Positions 14,309 through 27,479 of a stretch of 64,000 bases of DNA are shown piece after piece. Source of the stretch: Takakia lepidozioides. Taxonomy: Eukaryota > Plantae > Bryophyta. Every line of letters begins with the position of its first letter. The stretch's first letter is position 1. The position numbers and the translations under genes were made by a program. Where the stretch lies: the NCBI GenBank assembly GCA_030704615.1, contig CM060731.1, forward strand, positions 72,974,001-73,038,000. The letters are read 5' to 3'. The notes beneath the pieces are model-generated. The model had not been told where the DNA came from. It did not search any database and saw only the letters and a list, made by a program, of their open reading frames with translations.

Positions 14309-15282
14309 GTTCTAGGCTCTATCCTCAGGTTCTGGCCAGTCCGCTGTTGTGTCTGTCAAGTGCGTCTAGGTTAGAAGCATATGACTGAGTGGCAGGTGAG
14401 GACCTTACATTATTATTCTTGTGTTTCGATGCACACGGAGGATCCCGACTGGTTTCTTTGAGTAGAGGATGTAAGTTAAGGACCCAAGGTGAAGGGGAGG
14501 GGGGGGCCTTTAGACCTTGGTGCCTCCATACATTAACAGACACCCAGGTCAGAGTGGTAGGGATGTATCGATAGTCATCTCACTTTGGATTTTTAACAAA
14601 CTACCAGGTTTTTGTGGATCTGTCACATTCTTTTCCACTATATTCCCTACTGGTGGAAGTGTCCTCTTGGTTCTGACGTGGACAACCGAGAGCCCCCAAA
14701 CCGTACAACTGGCCACATACTGGGATTGGATTGTCAATGGTTGAGCATAAATATTCAAGGAGTGTATTGTTTGAGATGTACAGGAGGAAGGAATTGGCGA
14801 CCTGTTTGAGCTCTGCTCCTTTCTGACTTACATAGGCTGCCTCATCCTTGTGTTCATCAGTCACATCAGCCCATAGGCTAGGTGGCTATAAGTAAGGGCA
14901 TGCATCACAAGGATGCAGATTCTCACGAGTTTTTGAGGAAGGGTGGAACTTAAAAGTCCTCAACGGCTCATCTGGGGTGGGAGATTCCCAACCTTACATG
15001 CAAGCATCTCTCTGTCAGTGATGCCCACATTTTTCAGCATTCATCCTGTAATCCTGAGGGGGTTTATATATCATGACGACTTGAATCGTTTGTGCACTCA
15101 GGGTTTGATGCCATGTTGCATGCACTAAGACCACATACTTTCGAGTTCTCAGACCATTCCCAAAACCTGGTGAGGATGAGCACATGAGAAAGGGTGCATC
15201 TTCCAAGCTTGTGTGGAGAAAAGGGAACGCAAGGGTAGCTTCTGAGGCCACTTTACCCCTAAAGGACCACCATATATTGGTG

Positions 15283-18112
15283 GTATGATACGTTACTCCA
15301 CGACGTGGGTTTGTGTAAAAACCTCTTACCACGACGCCAAGAGAGTGACATTTTCTTCTCATAATTGTTGTACCATACCACCAAGATAAAGTAAATTTTC
15401 ATATTGTACACATTGGCAAAGTCGGGGAGGAGATGAAATGACGTGGATGGAAGATAAAACAATGGCCCAATGAGCATAAATAAATAAAAATATCTATTTC
15501 TCGTTCTTTGGATGAGAAGATGCGTATCGCAAAGTTCTTGAAAATAGACCTCAAAAACAGGAAAAAATGTGCAACTTCTCATGCCCGGAACTACTTGCAT
15601 TGAAGGTGCCCAGTCATATCTTGGTCAAATTCTTATCTTGGTCAAATTCTTGTTTTCTCTGACTTAGATGACATTGGACACTCGAGGTTGCACTGGGCCT
15701 CTACATGGAAGAAGCACTTGGATACATATGAGATTGCACTTGGGCTTAGATTTCAATTCTTCACAAATGGGCCAAGGGCACAGGCTACCCTAGATCTCCC
15801 AAAGAGTTACATACATGATTGCACTTGGACTTAGACAACACTGGAGGGCCAATGGCACATGCTACCCTAGTACTACTTTATTTATCCATATTCTAAAGAA
15901 ATCAAATAAGATAGTTCGAAGAGCATGTTTAAGTGTTTAGTAAAGGGAAAACAAAATAAAAACTGTCTGATTTGACTGAAGAATTGTTTTTATGTTCCTG
16001 AAGGCATATTCAATGTAGAATCGTTGGAATATTTCTAACAATGATTTTGGTTTTGTGGTGAGCACGTTTCAATTTATATATTATCACATTGTATACGGGT
16101 ATGATTTGATGCTAACATGTGATGATGAATACTCATTTCCAAACTTTTTGCTCTTCTCTATTCTGTGTAGACTCTAAAATACAGATCTATTAATAGATTA
16201 CAAATACATGGCGAACTCTATAATAGATAAATGTTTATAAGAATAGGAAGACTGATCTTGCAAAGCAAGCATACCTTACGATGCCACTCTACCCACAAAG
16301 GACCACCATGTTGAACTTTGAATCCATCACCATTTTTTGGATATTGTTCGCTAAAGTCATCACTAGGAGTCCAGAGCAATGGGAAACCTGGCTAGCACAT
16401 TTTGTAGTACAATCAAATTGTAAGAAGAAAAGGTTATCGCCTCGGTGGTGTTACTCCACGACATGTGGGTTTGTGTACAAACCTCTTACCATATCACCAA
16501 GACAGTGACATTCTTTTATCATAAGTGATCACAGAGGAGGATGGAACATAAACGATGGCTGGATGAGCATAAATAAATGGAAAATGTCTGTTTGTCGTTC
16601 TCTTTTGGATGAAAGGACACGTATCGCAGAGTTCTTGAAAAATAGACCTCAACAACAGAAAAAATGTGCAACTTCTCGAACAGTCACTTAGGCTACTCTT
16701 CTTGTGCAGCTCGGAAATCCTCGCATTGAAGGCGCCAAGTCAGATCTTGGTCAAATTCTTGTTTTCTCTTGTTAAACAGGCTCTTGGAGCTCTCGGCTCC
16801 AATCGCAGGGTATTGTACAAGAACACGTCACATATAAGTTGTCTCTGAGGCCTGTTTGGCCACCTCTCATCTTCTTTTATTCTTGAAATTTTTGTAGGTA
16901 GTTTTTTTAAAGGGCGTTAGGACAGTGGATAAAATCAAACACCTCCGCCGTAACCACCGACTGAAAAAAGACCACCGTAGATAGTTCACAATCCAAACAA
17001 ATTTCCATTCATTGCTAAGGGAATTCAGAGCAAAGCAACATAAAGTTTTATTGTGAAAGTCTTCTTAGGGGCCTCTTCTGTAGTGGTGTGTCTGAAACAT
17101 ATGCACATCTTTCTTCTCCTACCTGCTTCATGCATACATGTTGGATGCCTAGCTGACATTAATACCTGAATGTAAGAAAATTGGCATCTACGCTTTGAAA
17201 ATCCGTTAGTCGATTTGTTATGGAGGCTTTTGTAAGGTCCAGATGTAGGGTGCTATCCCATTTTGGTTACCATCAATCCATTTCAATTTTCAAAGAAACT
17301 GAAGTTCTTGATATGTTTTAATTTTGTATTCCATGCCCAACTTCTCTTTTTCCGTCCCCTGAATCATCAATACCGGCCCCATGTGTAATATCTTTTGCAG
17401 ACTGTAGGACTATGTCTGTTTGTCGTTCTCTTTAAATTGGATGAAAGGACGTGTATCGCAGAATTCTTGAAAAATAGACCTCAACAACAGAAAAAATGTG
17501 CAACTTCTCGAACAATCACTTAGGCTACCCTTCTTGTGCAGCTTGGAACTCCTCGGTTGAAGGCGCCAAGTCAGATCTTGGTCAAATTCTTGTTAAATTC
17601 TCTTGTTAAAGAAGCTCTTTGAGCCCTCGGCTCCAACCGAGCATATTATACGTGAACACGTCACATATTGGATTCTTAGATGGTTGTCTCTGAGGCCTAT
17701 TTGGCCAGATCTCATCTTCTTCTATTCTTGAAATTTTTGTAGGTAGTTTTTGACAGGGCGTTATGACAGTGGATAAAATCATACACCTCCACCGTAACCA
17801 CCGAGTCAAAAAAGACCACCGTAGAGAGTCCACAATCCAAACAAATTTCCATTCATCGCTAGAGGAATTCAGAGCAAAACAACATAAAGCTTTATTGTGA
17901 AGGTCTAGTTCTTAGGTGCCTCTTCTTTAGTGGTGTGTCCGAAACATATGCACATCTTTCTTCTCCTACCTGCTTCATGCATACATGTTGGATGCTTAGC
18001 TGACATTAATACATAAAGATGTCTATGAAGATTGTAAGAAAATTGACGGTGCTTTGAAAAACTGTTAGTCGATCTGTTACGGCGGCTTTTGTACGGTCCA
18101 GATGTAGGGTGC
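15283..18112. repeat. Local diverged direct duplications (three overlapping copies)
   Basis: About 15283-15655 matches about 16445-16770 (ttactccacgac...gtcaaattcttgttttctct). About 16585-17255 matches about 17412-18112 (tgtctgtttgtcgttctct...ccagatgtagggtgct). Boundaries approximate. Confidence 0.8.
15660..15872 (-). repeat. Fragment of the CCAAGTGCAAT-motif repeat family (inverted copy of 53525-54410)
   Basis: gcacttggatacatatgagattgcacttgggcttagatttcaattcttcac...ctagatctcccaaagag is the reverse complement of units at 53527-53790. Confidence 0.75.
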
Positions 18113-19026
18113 TCACCAATCACTCACTCACAATCACAAGTGCCTTTGGCACTATTCCTGTGGTTCAGCCCTTGATAGGCCATGTTCAAAGAGCATGCCC
18201 AAAAAAAATCACCACACAAATGCTCAACAACAAGGCCAGTTTAAAGAAAGATTACTGGTTAGATGATCTCGCAAAGTACCTCCTGCCATGAATGCATACA
18301 CCTGGTACCACAATTGCCACAAGTGTACCACAATTTTGGCACAATTACCACAGTTTTGGCAGATCTTAGTACCACATCATGAGTAGTTACACTTGTATAA
18401 AGATATAGAAAAAACCTAATATGTACGATAAGAAAACAAGAAAGAAACATAGAATAAGAGTGTTTATGAAGGGGCCGCCATGGCCCTCTTGATTTCTTCA
18501 GCCTCGGCTGATATTTCTGTCTCTCTTGGGTTCACCCTCGCTGCTGCTCGCAGTGTGTATGCTTCATGGCCCTCTTGGGGTTTTTATTTTTTCCCCATTA
18601 ATAAAATTTTGAGGGCCTCTGCCATCCCCTCTTAAGCAAAAAACAACAGCATGATCATTGTCATCTTTTGGATTGTCATGCTCATCTTCTGGACCATACA
18701 GACGGATATAGACTAAGAAATCATTGTCCACCAATGCATAAAAAGTGGACTGAGATCTATCACCAGCCTCTGCTCTATCAACAGTGGTTGTATCATCATC
18801 TCCAAGACTCTCCTCATCACAAAAAAAAAAGGATCAGTGGGGTCAATGTCGTGATTGACATTTCCTTCATCAATATTAACCTTCACTGGAGCAATTGGAC
18901 CAGCATGTGAAACATCATACTTAGGGATAGGAGAAGATGATGCAGACACTATAGGTAAACAAGAAGACGACGTGTCAGTCTCCATTATACATCAGGATAG
19001 ATCAATGCAACTGATGCGTGAGTATG

Positions 19027-19756
19027 TGTCGCGGCCCTTTGCCTTGAGGGCAGGGGGGGTCGGGACACGTGAGGGGCTGCCCCTGTGGTGGGGGCAGCGG
19101 CAGCGATAGGATGGGGGGGGCTGAAGCACCCTTGAGTGCCCAAGGCACTCAAGGAGGCGGAGGCGCTCACTACGTGGAGCCCCGCACACCGGGTTGCGGT
19201 GGGGGTGGCTCCACAAGGGGTGGTGGTAGCTTAGCGGGACTTAGTGGGGGTGGCATAGGACTCACCATGGGGGCGGAGACCTCGTGGTGGGAGTCGTGGA
19301 AAGTCTTGGAACTCATCACGGTCCATAGGGGCCGTGATGAGTGGGCCAAGACTCACCGCGACTCATCACCGGGAGTCGAGGGTTTTCGTGGCGGTTCGCC
19401 ATAAAATGGCATGGCTGGTTGTGAAACCCCCGCGGACAGCTACAGAAGTATATATAGGGAGTAGTAACCCCGAGAACGGTGCAAGCCCGTTGGTGACCAA
19501 AAACTAGTGAGTGAGCGAGCGAGCTGGAAAGCGACCAAAGAGTGGGGAGCTGTTCCGGACTGCCATCTACCAAAAGGGAATTCCACCAGGCCCAAATAGG
19601 TGGAGGGTTTAGTGGGGGAGCGAAGGGGGTCCGTTACGTCCCGGTGAGCAGCCGAAGCTCCAAGTTGGCCCGGCGGCCAGGTTGGGAGTCAGGCGCGCGC
19701 ATCAAAGCGAGTAACTATGACTTGAAGGGGAGCTTACCGAAGTGAGGTGCGCGACA
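19027..19756 (+). repeat. 5' LTR
   Basis: Direct repeat of 24609-25338; TG...CA ends; TATA-like TATATA near 19449. Confidence 0.96.
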
Positions 19757-19758
19757 CT

Positions 19759-19770
19759 TGGTATCAGAGC
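19759..19770 (+). promoter_or_regulatory. Primer binding site for initiator tRNA-Met
   Basis: TGGTATCAGAGC, 2 nt after the 5' LTR; canonical plant tRNAiMet PBS. Confidence 0.9.
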
Positions 19771-19811
19771 TTAGAGTTCAGTACGCGATCGTCCTTGGGA
19801 TTGGCCTCATC

Positions 19812-21170
19812 ATGGGGTCGGGCAAGCCAAAGCGAAAGCGGAACGGCCCAAAAGATGATGATCTTGGTGAGCCCGATGGGGGCGACGTGTCACCGAGGCG
19901 GCCGTTTGAGGAAGCGATGCATGTTTTCGAAAACGAGGCCGCTCAAGAGCGGGAGGAATCCGAGGAGTCGAAGCCCGAGGAATCCTTGAGAGCTCCGACA
20001 AACCAAGAGATGTCTCCCATGCCGGCAGCCTTTTGGGAAGAGTTGTTGGCGCAGTTTGGCGGGACGTTGAAAGACGTGTTGAAGGCGGCTAATGCCACTT
20101 CCACTAAGGCAAAGTTTAAGGTGAAGCCTAAGGAACCCGGCACCTTCGAGGGCGTCCACAATCGGAAGGCACTCAACACCTGGCTCCTGGAGCTAGAGCA
20201 GTACTTCCGGGCGGCCAAGTTGAGTGACGAGGATCGGGTAGAAGTGGCTCCCACCTATTTGAGGGGCTATGCTCAACAATGGTGGCAGAAACGCCTTCAC
20301 GACCGAGGTCCAAGTCCGGAAACCTTGAACTGGAGTGGGTTCAAGGAATTGATGAAGAGACAGTTTGTGCCCATCAATGCGTCCTGGCTTGCCCGGGACA
20401 AGATGAGGAATTTGAAGCAAACAGATGACATTCGGGGATATGTCCAGGCTTTCAATGTGCTGTTGCTCGAAGTTGCGGATATGGCGGAACCAGAAATGGT
20501 CTTCAACTTTGTGGCGGGGTTGGCCCCATGGGCCAGGCGGAAGTTGGAGGAGAAGCCACCTAAGACTTTGAACGAGGCAATTGAGAGGGCTGAATGTTTC
20601 TCAGATGTCCCTAGGGGTGAAAGACAAGGCCGTACGGAGCTGAACCACAAGAAGACCCGGCGGGAAGGTGACTCCTTCCAACCGGAAAAGAAGTGGGATA
20701 GGCCACGCGGCAACAACAGCATGTGGAAATCGAAGGGAGGGCCATCACAAGTCAAGGCGGCACCCGGTGCTTCGAAAGAAAAAGCGGGTGGAGCGGCCTA
20801 TGGCGGACATAAGGCAACCTTTGATGGAGTGTGTTTCAATTGTGGGGAGCCCGGGCACATGGCCAAGAAGTGCACGAAGCCCCGACAATTGAACATGACT
20901 CGGGCGACCACAAAACTGTCGGAAGATACCATCAGTCGCTTGGTGGAAGCGGTGGTCGCCAGGACTTGCAAGGTAGGCAAATATTCTTGTGAGTTGTATC
21001 AGGAAACTGGCACATTGCGTAAAGGGAGTCACTTATTGTTCGTGGATGGGATAATATCCGGAACTAACGTGTCATTGTTGGTGGACACAGGAGCGTCGCA
21101 CTCCTTCATGACACCGGCAACGGCACAAAAGCTGGGACTCCCGACAACTGACGTAGGGGCCTCTATTTGA
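19812..21170 (+). pseudogene. Retrotransposon Gag plus truncated aspartic protease
   Basis: Capsid-like region, CCHC knuckle CFNCGEPGHMAKKC, protease motif LLVDTGASHSF; the frame ends shortly after it. Confidence 0.9.
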
Positions 21171-21244
21171 GGTGCGTTCTGCCAAAGGAGAACCGCAATT
21201 GGCGACGAGGTTGGCGTTCGATGTTCCTCTTCAACTGGGGAGTG

Positions 21245-23704
21245 TTGGCAGGAGCGAAGTATTTCAGCTGGATCGATCTGCGCTCCGGCTATCATCAAAT
21301 TTGAGTGGCGGAAGGAGATGAGGAGAAGACCGTGTGCAGGACAAGGTATGGTTCATATGAGTTCTTGGTGATGCCTTTTGGGCTCACCAATGCACCAGCG
21401 ACATTTAGCACGCTGATGAACAGCCTTTTCCAGGAGTGGTTGGATGACTTTGTGATCGTGTACATCGACGACATCTTGGTGTATTCGAAAACAAAGGAGC
21501 AGCACCTGGAGCACCTCAAAAGGGTGTTCCAGAAATTGCGGGAAGGGAAGCTGTATGCTAAAGCTTCAAAGTGCGAATTCGGGGTCACAAAAGTGGAGTT
21601 CCTGGGGCATGTGATTACACAGGATGGGATCAAAATGGATGACAGAAAGGTGAAGGCGAACTTGGACTGGGAGCCTCCGACTTTGGTCCCGGGAGTGCGA
21701 TCCTTCCTTGGACTCGCCTCCTATTACCGGAAGTATGTGAGAAATTTCGCCAAGATCGCGGGGCCGTTGTCAGACCTTCTGTGTAAATCTAAAGTCTGGG
21801 CATGGAACACCTTTTGTGGCCAAGCTTTTGCTGAATTGAAGCAGCGGATGGCGGAAGCTCCAGTCTTGAAAATCCCGGAGTTCGATCGTCCGTTCGATAT
21901 ACATACAGATGCGTCGGACTTCGCGATTGGGGGTGTACTGATGCAAGATGGACGTCCAGTGGCTTACGAAAGTAAGAAACTAAATGAAGTGGAGCGACGG
22001 TGGCCGACGCACGAGAAAGAGATGAAGGCAGTGGTGCACTGTCTTGAGCTTTGGCGCCACTATGTTGGTTCCAACCCAGTGAAGGTGTTCACGGATAATG
22101 TCACGGTGAAGTATTTTACCACGCAGCCCAAGTTGTCCCCAAAACAACTTAGATGGCAAGATACTTTGGCGGTGTTCGACGTGGATATCCAGTACAAACC
22201 GGGGTGAGACAACGTGGTGGCCGATGCTTTAAGTAGAAAGCAGCAGCTCTTGTTGGTGTACAAGAGCGAGACAACACTCCAAAGGAAGATCCGGAAGGCT
22301 TGTCGGAAGGATGAGCTGACGAAGTCCGTGATGCAGGACTTGAGGATGGGGGTTAAATCGCAATTCCACTTGCAAAAGCGTCTCTACGTGCCGAAGGGAG
22401 GGATCAGAGATAGCCTCTTGAGAGAATGCCATGATAGCCCGCTTGCGGGCCACGTCGGAGCCAAGCGCACTGCGGCACTCCTGAAGAAAGAGTATTTCTG
22501 GCCCAAACTGAGGGAGGAGGCAGAGGAGTATGTCAAGACATGCACCACATGCCAACAAAACCGGAGCGAGTACAAAAAGTAAGCGGGGCTGTTACAACCT
22601 TTGCTGATTCCAGAGGGGACTTGGGAAAGCGTCTCGATGGATTTCATGACTGTTATGCCGCTGTCAAAAGGATTCGATGCAATCATGGTGGTGGTGGATA
22701 GGTTCAGTAAAATGGGCCATTTCATCCCCACCAAGGAGACGGCAACGGCGGAGGAGACATGACGACTTTACTTCGCCCACGTCTTAAAGCATCATGGAGT
22801 CCCGAAGGATATTGTCTCAGACCGCGATCCAAAGTTTACGAGTAAATTTTGGAAGGCACTTTGGAAGAAGATGGGGACGAGGCTGAAGATGAGCACCGCC
22901 TTCCGACCTACGACCGACGGCCAAACAGAAAGAGTGAATTCCGTAGTGAAGCAAATCTTGCGGAATTACGTGTCGGCAGACCAAACAGACTGGGTGGAAC
23001 ACTTAGACGCGACAGAGTTCTGTTATAATAACACAGAACACTCCGCAACGGGAGTTTCCCCTTTCGTATTGGTCTATGGAAAAGCACCTCTGGTGCTGAC
23101 AAGTTGGGCCACCCAGGACGTTGAGGAACTGGCAGTAGCGGCAGTACTAGAAGAACGCGAGCGTTTGTTGAAGCTCGCAAAGTACAATATTGCCAAAGCT
23201 AGGAAACGGTATGAAAGGCAGGCGAATCGGAAGCGGATGGAAGTGAAGTTTGAGGCAGGCACAGAGGTCTGGTTGAACATCAAGAATTTCCGACTACCTC
23301 CGGAAGTCAGTCCGAAGTTCGTACCTCCGTATGCGGGACCCTTTCGCATTCGGAAGGTCATGAATGAGGATGTGTATGAATTGGAGCTGCCGGCAAACAG
23401 CAAGGTGCACCCAGTATTCCATGTCTCCCTTTTGAAGCCTTACTTCAAAGATAAAGCGCGTCCGAATCGGCATCAAGTGTTGCGTCCGCCACCTATGCTG
23501 TTGGATCATGAAAATGAACCTGAGTACGAGGTGGAGGCAATATTTAAGTCGAGGAGGTTCAAGAACCGAGAAACGGAGTATCTCGTCAAATGGAAGGGCT
23601 ATCATCAGGTGGAGGCATCTTGGGTGCGTGCCTCAGAAATGAGAAACGCATCCGAGGCGGTTGCAGTTTTCGAAGGGCGACCTCAAAAGCGGAAGAAGCG
23701 TTGA
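21245..23704 (+). pseudogene. Retrotransposon Pol (RT, RNase H, integrase, chromodomain) with stops and an N-terminal deletion
   Basis: MPFGLTNAPATF, YIDD, TDASDFAIG, HDSPLAGH...CTTC, integrase core, chromodomain EYEVEAIF...EYLVKWKGY. In-frame stops near 21302, 22205, 22580 and 22760. Confidence 0.93.
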
Positions 23705-24608
23705 TGGGGACATCAACCTTGGAGCGTGGGGGAGGAAATGCATGCTTAGCCCGGCTTAGCTAGCTTAGGAATCCGATTGCAAAAACTTGTATTGTACAAA
23801 ACATGCTATAAATGAAATGACTTCCAAATGTTGTGCGTCCTATTTTGTTTGGAATGGTGATGCATGGTATGGTTGGCTAGTGTGTAGAATGCATGCTAGC
23901 TTATAAAAGTGGGAGAGGTAAATTGGGTTAACCGTGTGTTTGCGTAGTGCCGAAATCGGGTGACCCCCATCCAAGGGGCAATGAAACTTGTGCCTTCTTT
24001 GGGAGTTCACGTGCTAGTGCGCACCTGGCGCGTGCGCGTACTATAACTGCGCTACCGAGAGGGTTGCCTTGTAGTGCGGGCTAACGCGGAAGCTACGTGC
24101 TTCCGTTCACGTACTATAATCGTGTAGCCTCGGGACGAAGTCGTAGTGCGGCTTCGGCGTGTTCCCGTACCTCGGCCAACATTCCAAGGCGGACCCAATT
24201 GTAGTGATTGGGGCGCACGGTTGGTTCAAGGTTATCTTCCTAGTCAAAGAGGGTTCCAGGTGAACCCTTGCTCAAAGTGATGCCAAAAGCGGCATCATGA
24301 GCGGTCGCAAGCAATGTTGTTGCAGTAAGGCGATTCGATCCTCGGGGAGGATCGTTCCTTGGCCTTGAAGTAGGCCAAGAAGAGTGCACTGGGAGGAGCT
24401 TGAGAGGCTCCACCCTTGGCCGGGACTTGGAGGAAGTCGGCCGAACTAACTAGTGGAGAATAGAGTCAAGTGTGGGGTTTGGTTCTTTGCCATGGGACGC
24501 CATGGTACGGAAACAAACTCCTTGATGTGGGACGCCACAACTTGGATGTTCGTTTCTACAAAATGGACAACTCGATGAGGACATCGACTCCCTATTAGTA
24601 GGGGTGTG

Positions 24609-25338
24609 TGTCGCGGCCCTTTGCCTTGAGGGCAGGGGGGGTCGGGACACGTGAGGGGCTGCCCCTGTGGTGGGGGCAGCGGCAGCGATAGGATGGGGGG
24701 GGCTGAAGCACCCTTGAGTGCCCAAGGCACTCAAGGAGGCGGAGGCGCTCACTACGTGGAGCCCCGCACACCGGGTTGCGGTGGGGGTGGCTCCACAAGG
24801 GGTGGTGGTAGCTTAGCGGGACTTAGTGGGGGTGACATAGGACTCACCATGGGGGCGGAGACCTCGTGGTGGGAGTCGTGGGGAGTCTTGGGACTCATCA
24901 CGGTCCATAGGGGCCGTGATGAGTGGGCCAAGATTCACCGCGACTCATCACCGGGAGTCGAGGGTTTTCGTGGTGGTTCGCCATAAAATGGCATGGCTGG
25001 TTGTGAAACCCCCGCGGACAGCTACAGAAGTATATATAGGGAGTAGTAACCCCGAGAACGGTGCAAGCCCGTTGGTGACCAAAAACTAGTGAGTGAGCGA
25101 GCGAGCCGGAAAGCGACCAAAGAGTGGGGAGCTGTTCCGGACTGCCATCTACCAAAAGGGAATTCCACTAGGCCCAAATAGATGGAGGGTTTAGTGGGGG
25201 AGCGAAGGGGGTCCGTTACGTCCCGGTGAGCAGCCGAAGCTCCAAGTTGGCCCGGCGGCCAGGTTGGGAGTCAGGCGCGCGCATCAAAACGAGTAACTAT
25301 GACTTGAAGGGGAGTTTACCGAAGTGAGGTGCGCGACA
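24609..25338 (+). repeat. 3' LTR
   Basis: Direct repeat of 19027-19756, preceded by purine-rich TAGTAGGGG. Confidence 0.96.
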
Positions 25339-25780
25339 GTATGTGACAAGAAATACGGTGATAAGCTTAGAAATCATAATGGTCGATACACAACCTACAA
25401 TAAGCAAAATACATTAACGAAATTGCTGTAGCGGAGAAGCATACGCTACATTATGAGGCTCCAATTATGCAGGGGAGCAGCATGTGCTCATAGCTATGGA
25501 GCTTGAGTGATCTCAATTAAACTCAAAACAAATGAGATAACAATGATCCTAAAAATGCCATTATAAGGCGTCCCTCAAATAATTCCCAGCCGTAGATCTA
25601 AATGATTTGTGACCATCCATCTAGAATGATCATCCAATCTTGACCATAGAGCTTCATTAATTACATCTAAACCTCATCTAAAACCTAAAGAGGATACTCT
25701 GCACCGTTGATGATCGAGATCATCAGTGGTAGTAGAGATATTAGCTCGTATCTGAATCGTCCGATTAAGATGATCCCAAC

Positions 25781-26473
25781 CAGTGTTGGGCAGTTATTTG
25801 ATTTTTTTGATATACGAATGTTTCACTTTAACTTTGTATTCACATCCTCCGGTTCCGGAGTTTTGGAGCTTCCTCATTTTTGATATCCTGCCGGTTAACA
25901 ATAAATATAGAATTTAAGCCTATGCGGTTGTGGACAAATGGACTTTCTCTCTGGGTGGCATCCGGCGGTTCAGTATCCGGTTATCAAACAAGTCATGGTT
26001 TACTTTAATGATGTATAATAAACCAAAAATTAAAATCTAATGTAAAAATATTAATGAAAAATAATAAATTTATTTGTATCACAGAGTTTCATTAGGAGCT
26101 GAACCATAATCTGACCTAAACTATATTACAGTTGAACATATTTGAGGTGTTCATCAACGTTATTCAATCCCGTTATTCAATGGCCACATCGTTTATGTAA
26201 CCATATAACCTGTTAGTAACTTCCGGTTAAAGGGCGGATATAAAGGTTCATAACCTGCCTCTTGTGGGCCACTAGTTCCAGATCAAAACAAATATAAAAG
26301 AAAAACAAAACCACAGGTTCTCAACCGGATCCGGTTATCTGAGCATTTCATATCCGGCGGTTCCTAATGGAGGCGGATATTTAAATTTTTGACCTCCGGC
26401 AGATCCACTTATATATATCTAGGTTGGGATCAGCCGGGGGTTTGAGGCAGAATCAAATATCCGCCCAACACTG
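25781..26473. mobile_element. Non-autonomous hAT-type MITE
   Basis: About 23-bp TIRs CAGTGTTGGGC.G.TATTTGATT with 2 mismatches; exact 8-bp TSD ATCCCAAC (25773-25780, 26474-26481); AT-rich interior with repeated CCGG motifs. Confidence 0.88.
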
Positions 26474-27479
26474 ATCCCAACCATCGGCATGTAAAGAAAT
26501 CCCTGTTGTTTCTCCCGGACGGGGGCTTATCCTGAAATTGGGGCCTAGGCACTCGACTACCGACTCATGCTGGGCCCCTCATTATAGGAAGGCCCCATCC
26601 TCGGGCCTCACCCTACATTTTTTGTGTAGAGGGATGATTTAAACAACTTATATATTGGAGGTATGATGGATGTGAATTTGAAAACAGATCAAGAATTGTT
26701 TTGAAGTAACAATTGGAAAGACATAATATTGATAGCTTTGCGAGACAAAGCCCTCCCACTCTTCTCTTGTGGTTATGCTTCTACTGCGATTTGATGCCAT
26801 CAGTCCCCCTGCCCGTTGCCTGCGCAATGCAACCGGTATGGGGTCTGCTAAATTAACTTTCTTAAATTTTCTATTGGATCTACTTACCATGGATACAAGA
26901 AGTCTGATTGTAATTGTGAGACAAATATGTCTAAAACTGTAAGTAGTTTAAGAGAGATTGAATATTGTTGGTGTGAATGTCACCCGGAGTCGAACTGAAA
27001 TCCAGCTTGGCTGGGGACAGTAATTGGACAATCCTCTTTTGCCTTATATGCAAACATGTAGATCAGATCGCACATTCTCGGGGTGAAAATTTCAGACAGA
27101 CTCTCTAGGTAACCTTTATAGCGGGTGTCTCTGGAAAAAACTCCCATATATGTCATACGAGTCGTTTGCGTGCTCGCGGGGAAACCTGATCATATTCCCT
27201 CTGATGACATCAATCGATACTATGGTGGCTTTCACTAGTTTCTTAAGGCCCCCTTGAAGCTTTTGTAGTTCGATCCAACTGAGTGGAGCTGAATGACTAG
27301 TGATCATGCCCCCTTCTTTGCTTACTATGTTAAATTGGGCTACTCACTGCTAAACCTGCCATACCTCATGGAAGCTAAATGGAACTCAAAACTCCATATT
27401 TCACAACTTCCATGGAAAGAAATATGGACAAAAAGAAAGAGCAGCAAAAATCTCTAGGTTCCTCTAGAAAATTGCTAAC

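Larger units (their letters stand above)
19027..25338 (+). mobile_element. Ty3/gypsy LTR retrotransposon, chromovirus type, both LTRs present but internally defective
   Basis: LTRs 19027-19756 and 24609-25338 (730 bp, TGTCGCG...CGCGACA). TSD GTATG (19022-19026, 25339-25343). PBS TGGTATCAGAGC 19759-19770. Order gag-PR-RT-RNaseH-INT-chromodomain. Confidence 0.97.

Noticed and set aside
18985-19745. ORFs of 60-110 aa repeated at 24446-25155
   Set aside because: They are chance frames in GC-rich LTRs, duplicated because the LTRs are.
26975-27040. tRNA-like B-box (GTTCGACTCC on the minus strand)
   Set aside because: No convincing cloverleaf or A-box; at most a degenerate tRNA or SINE relic.
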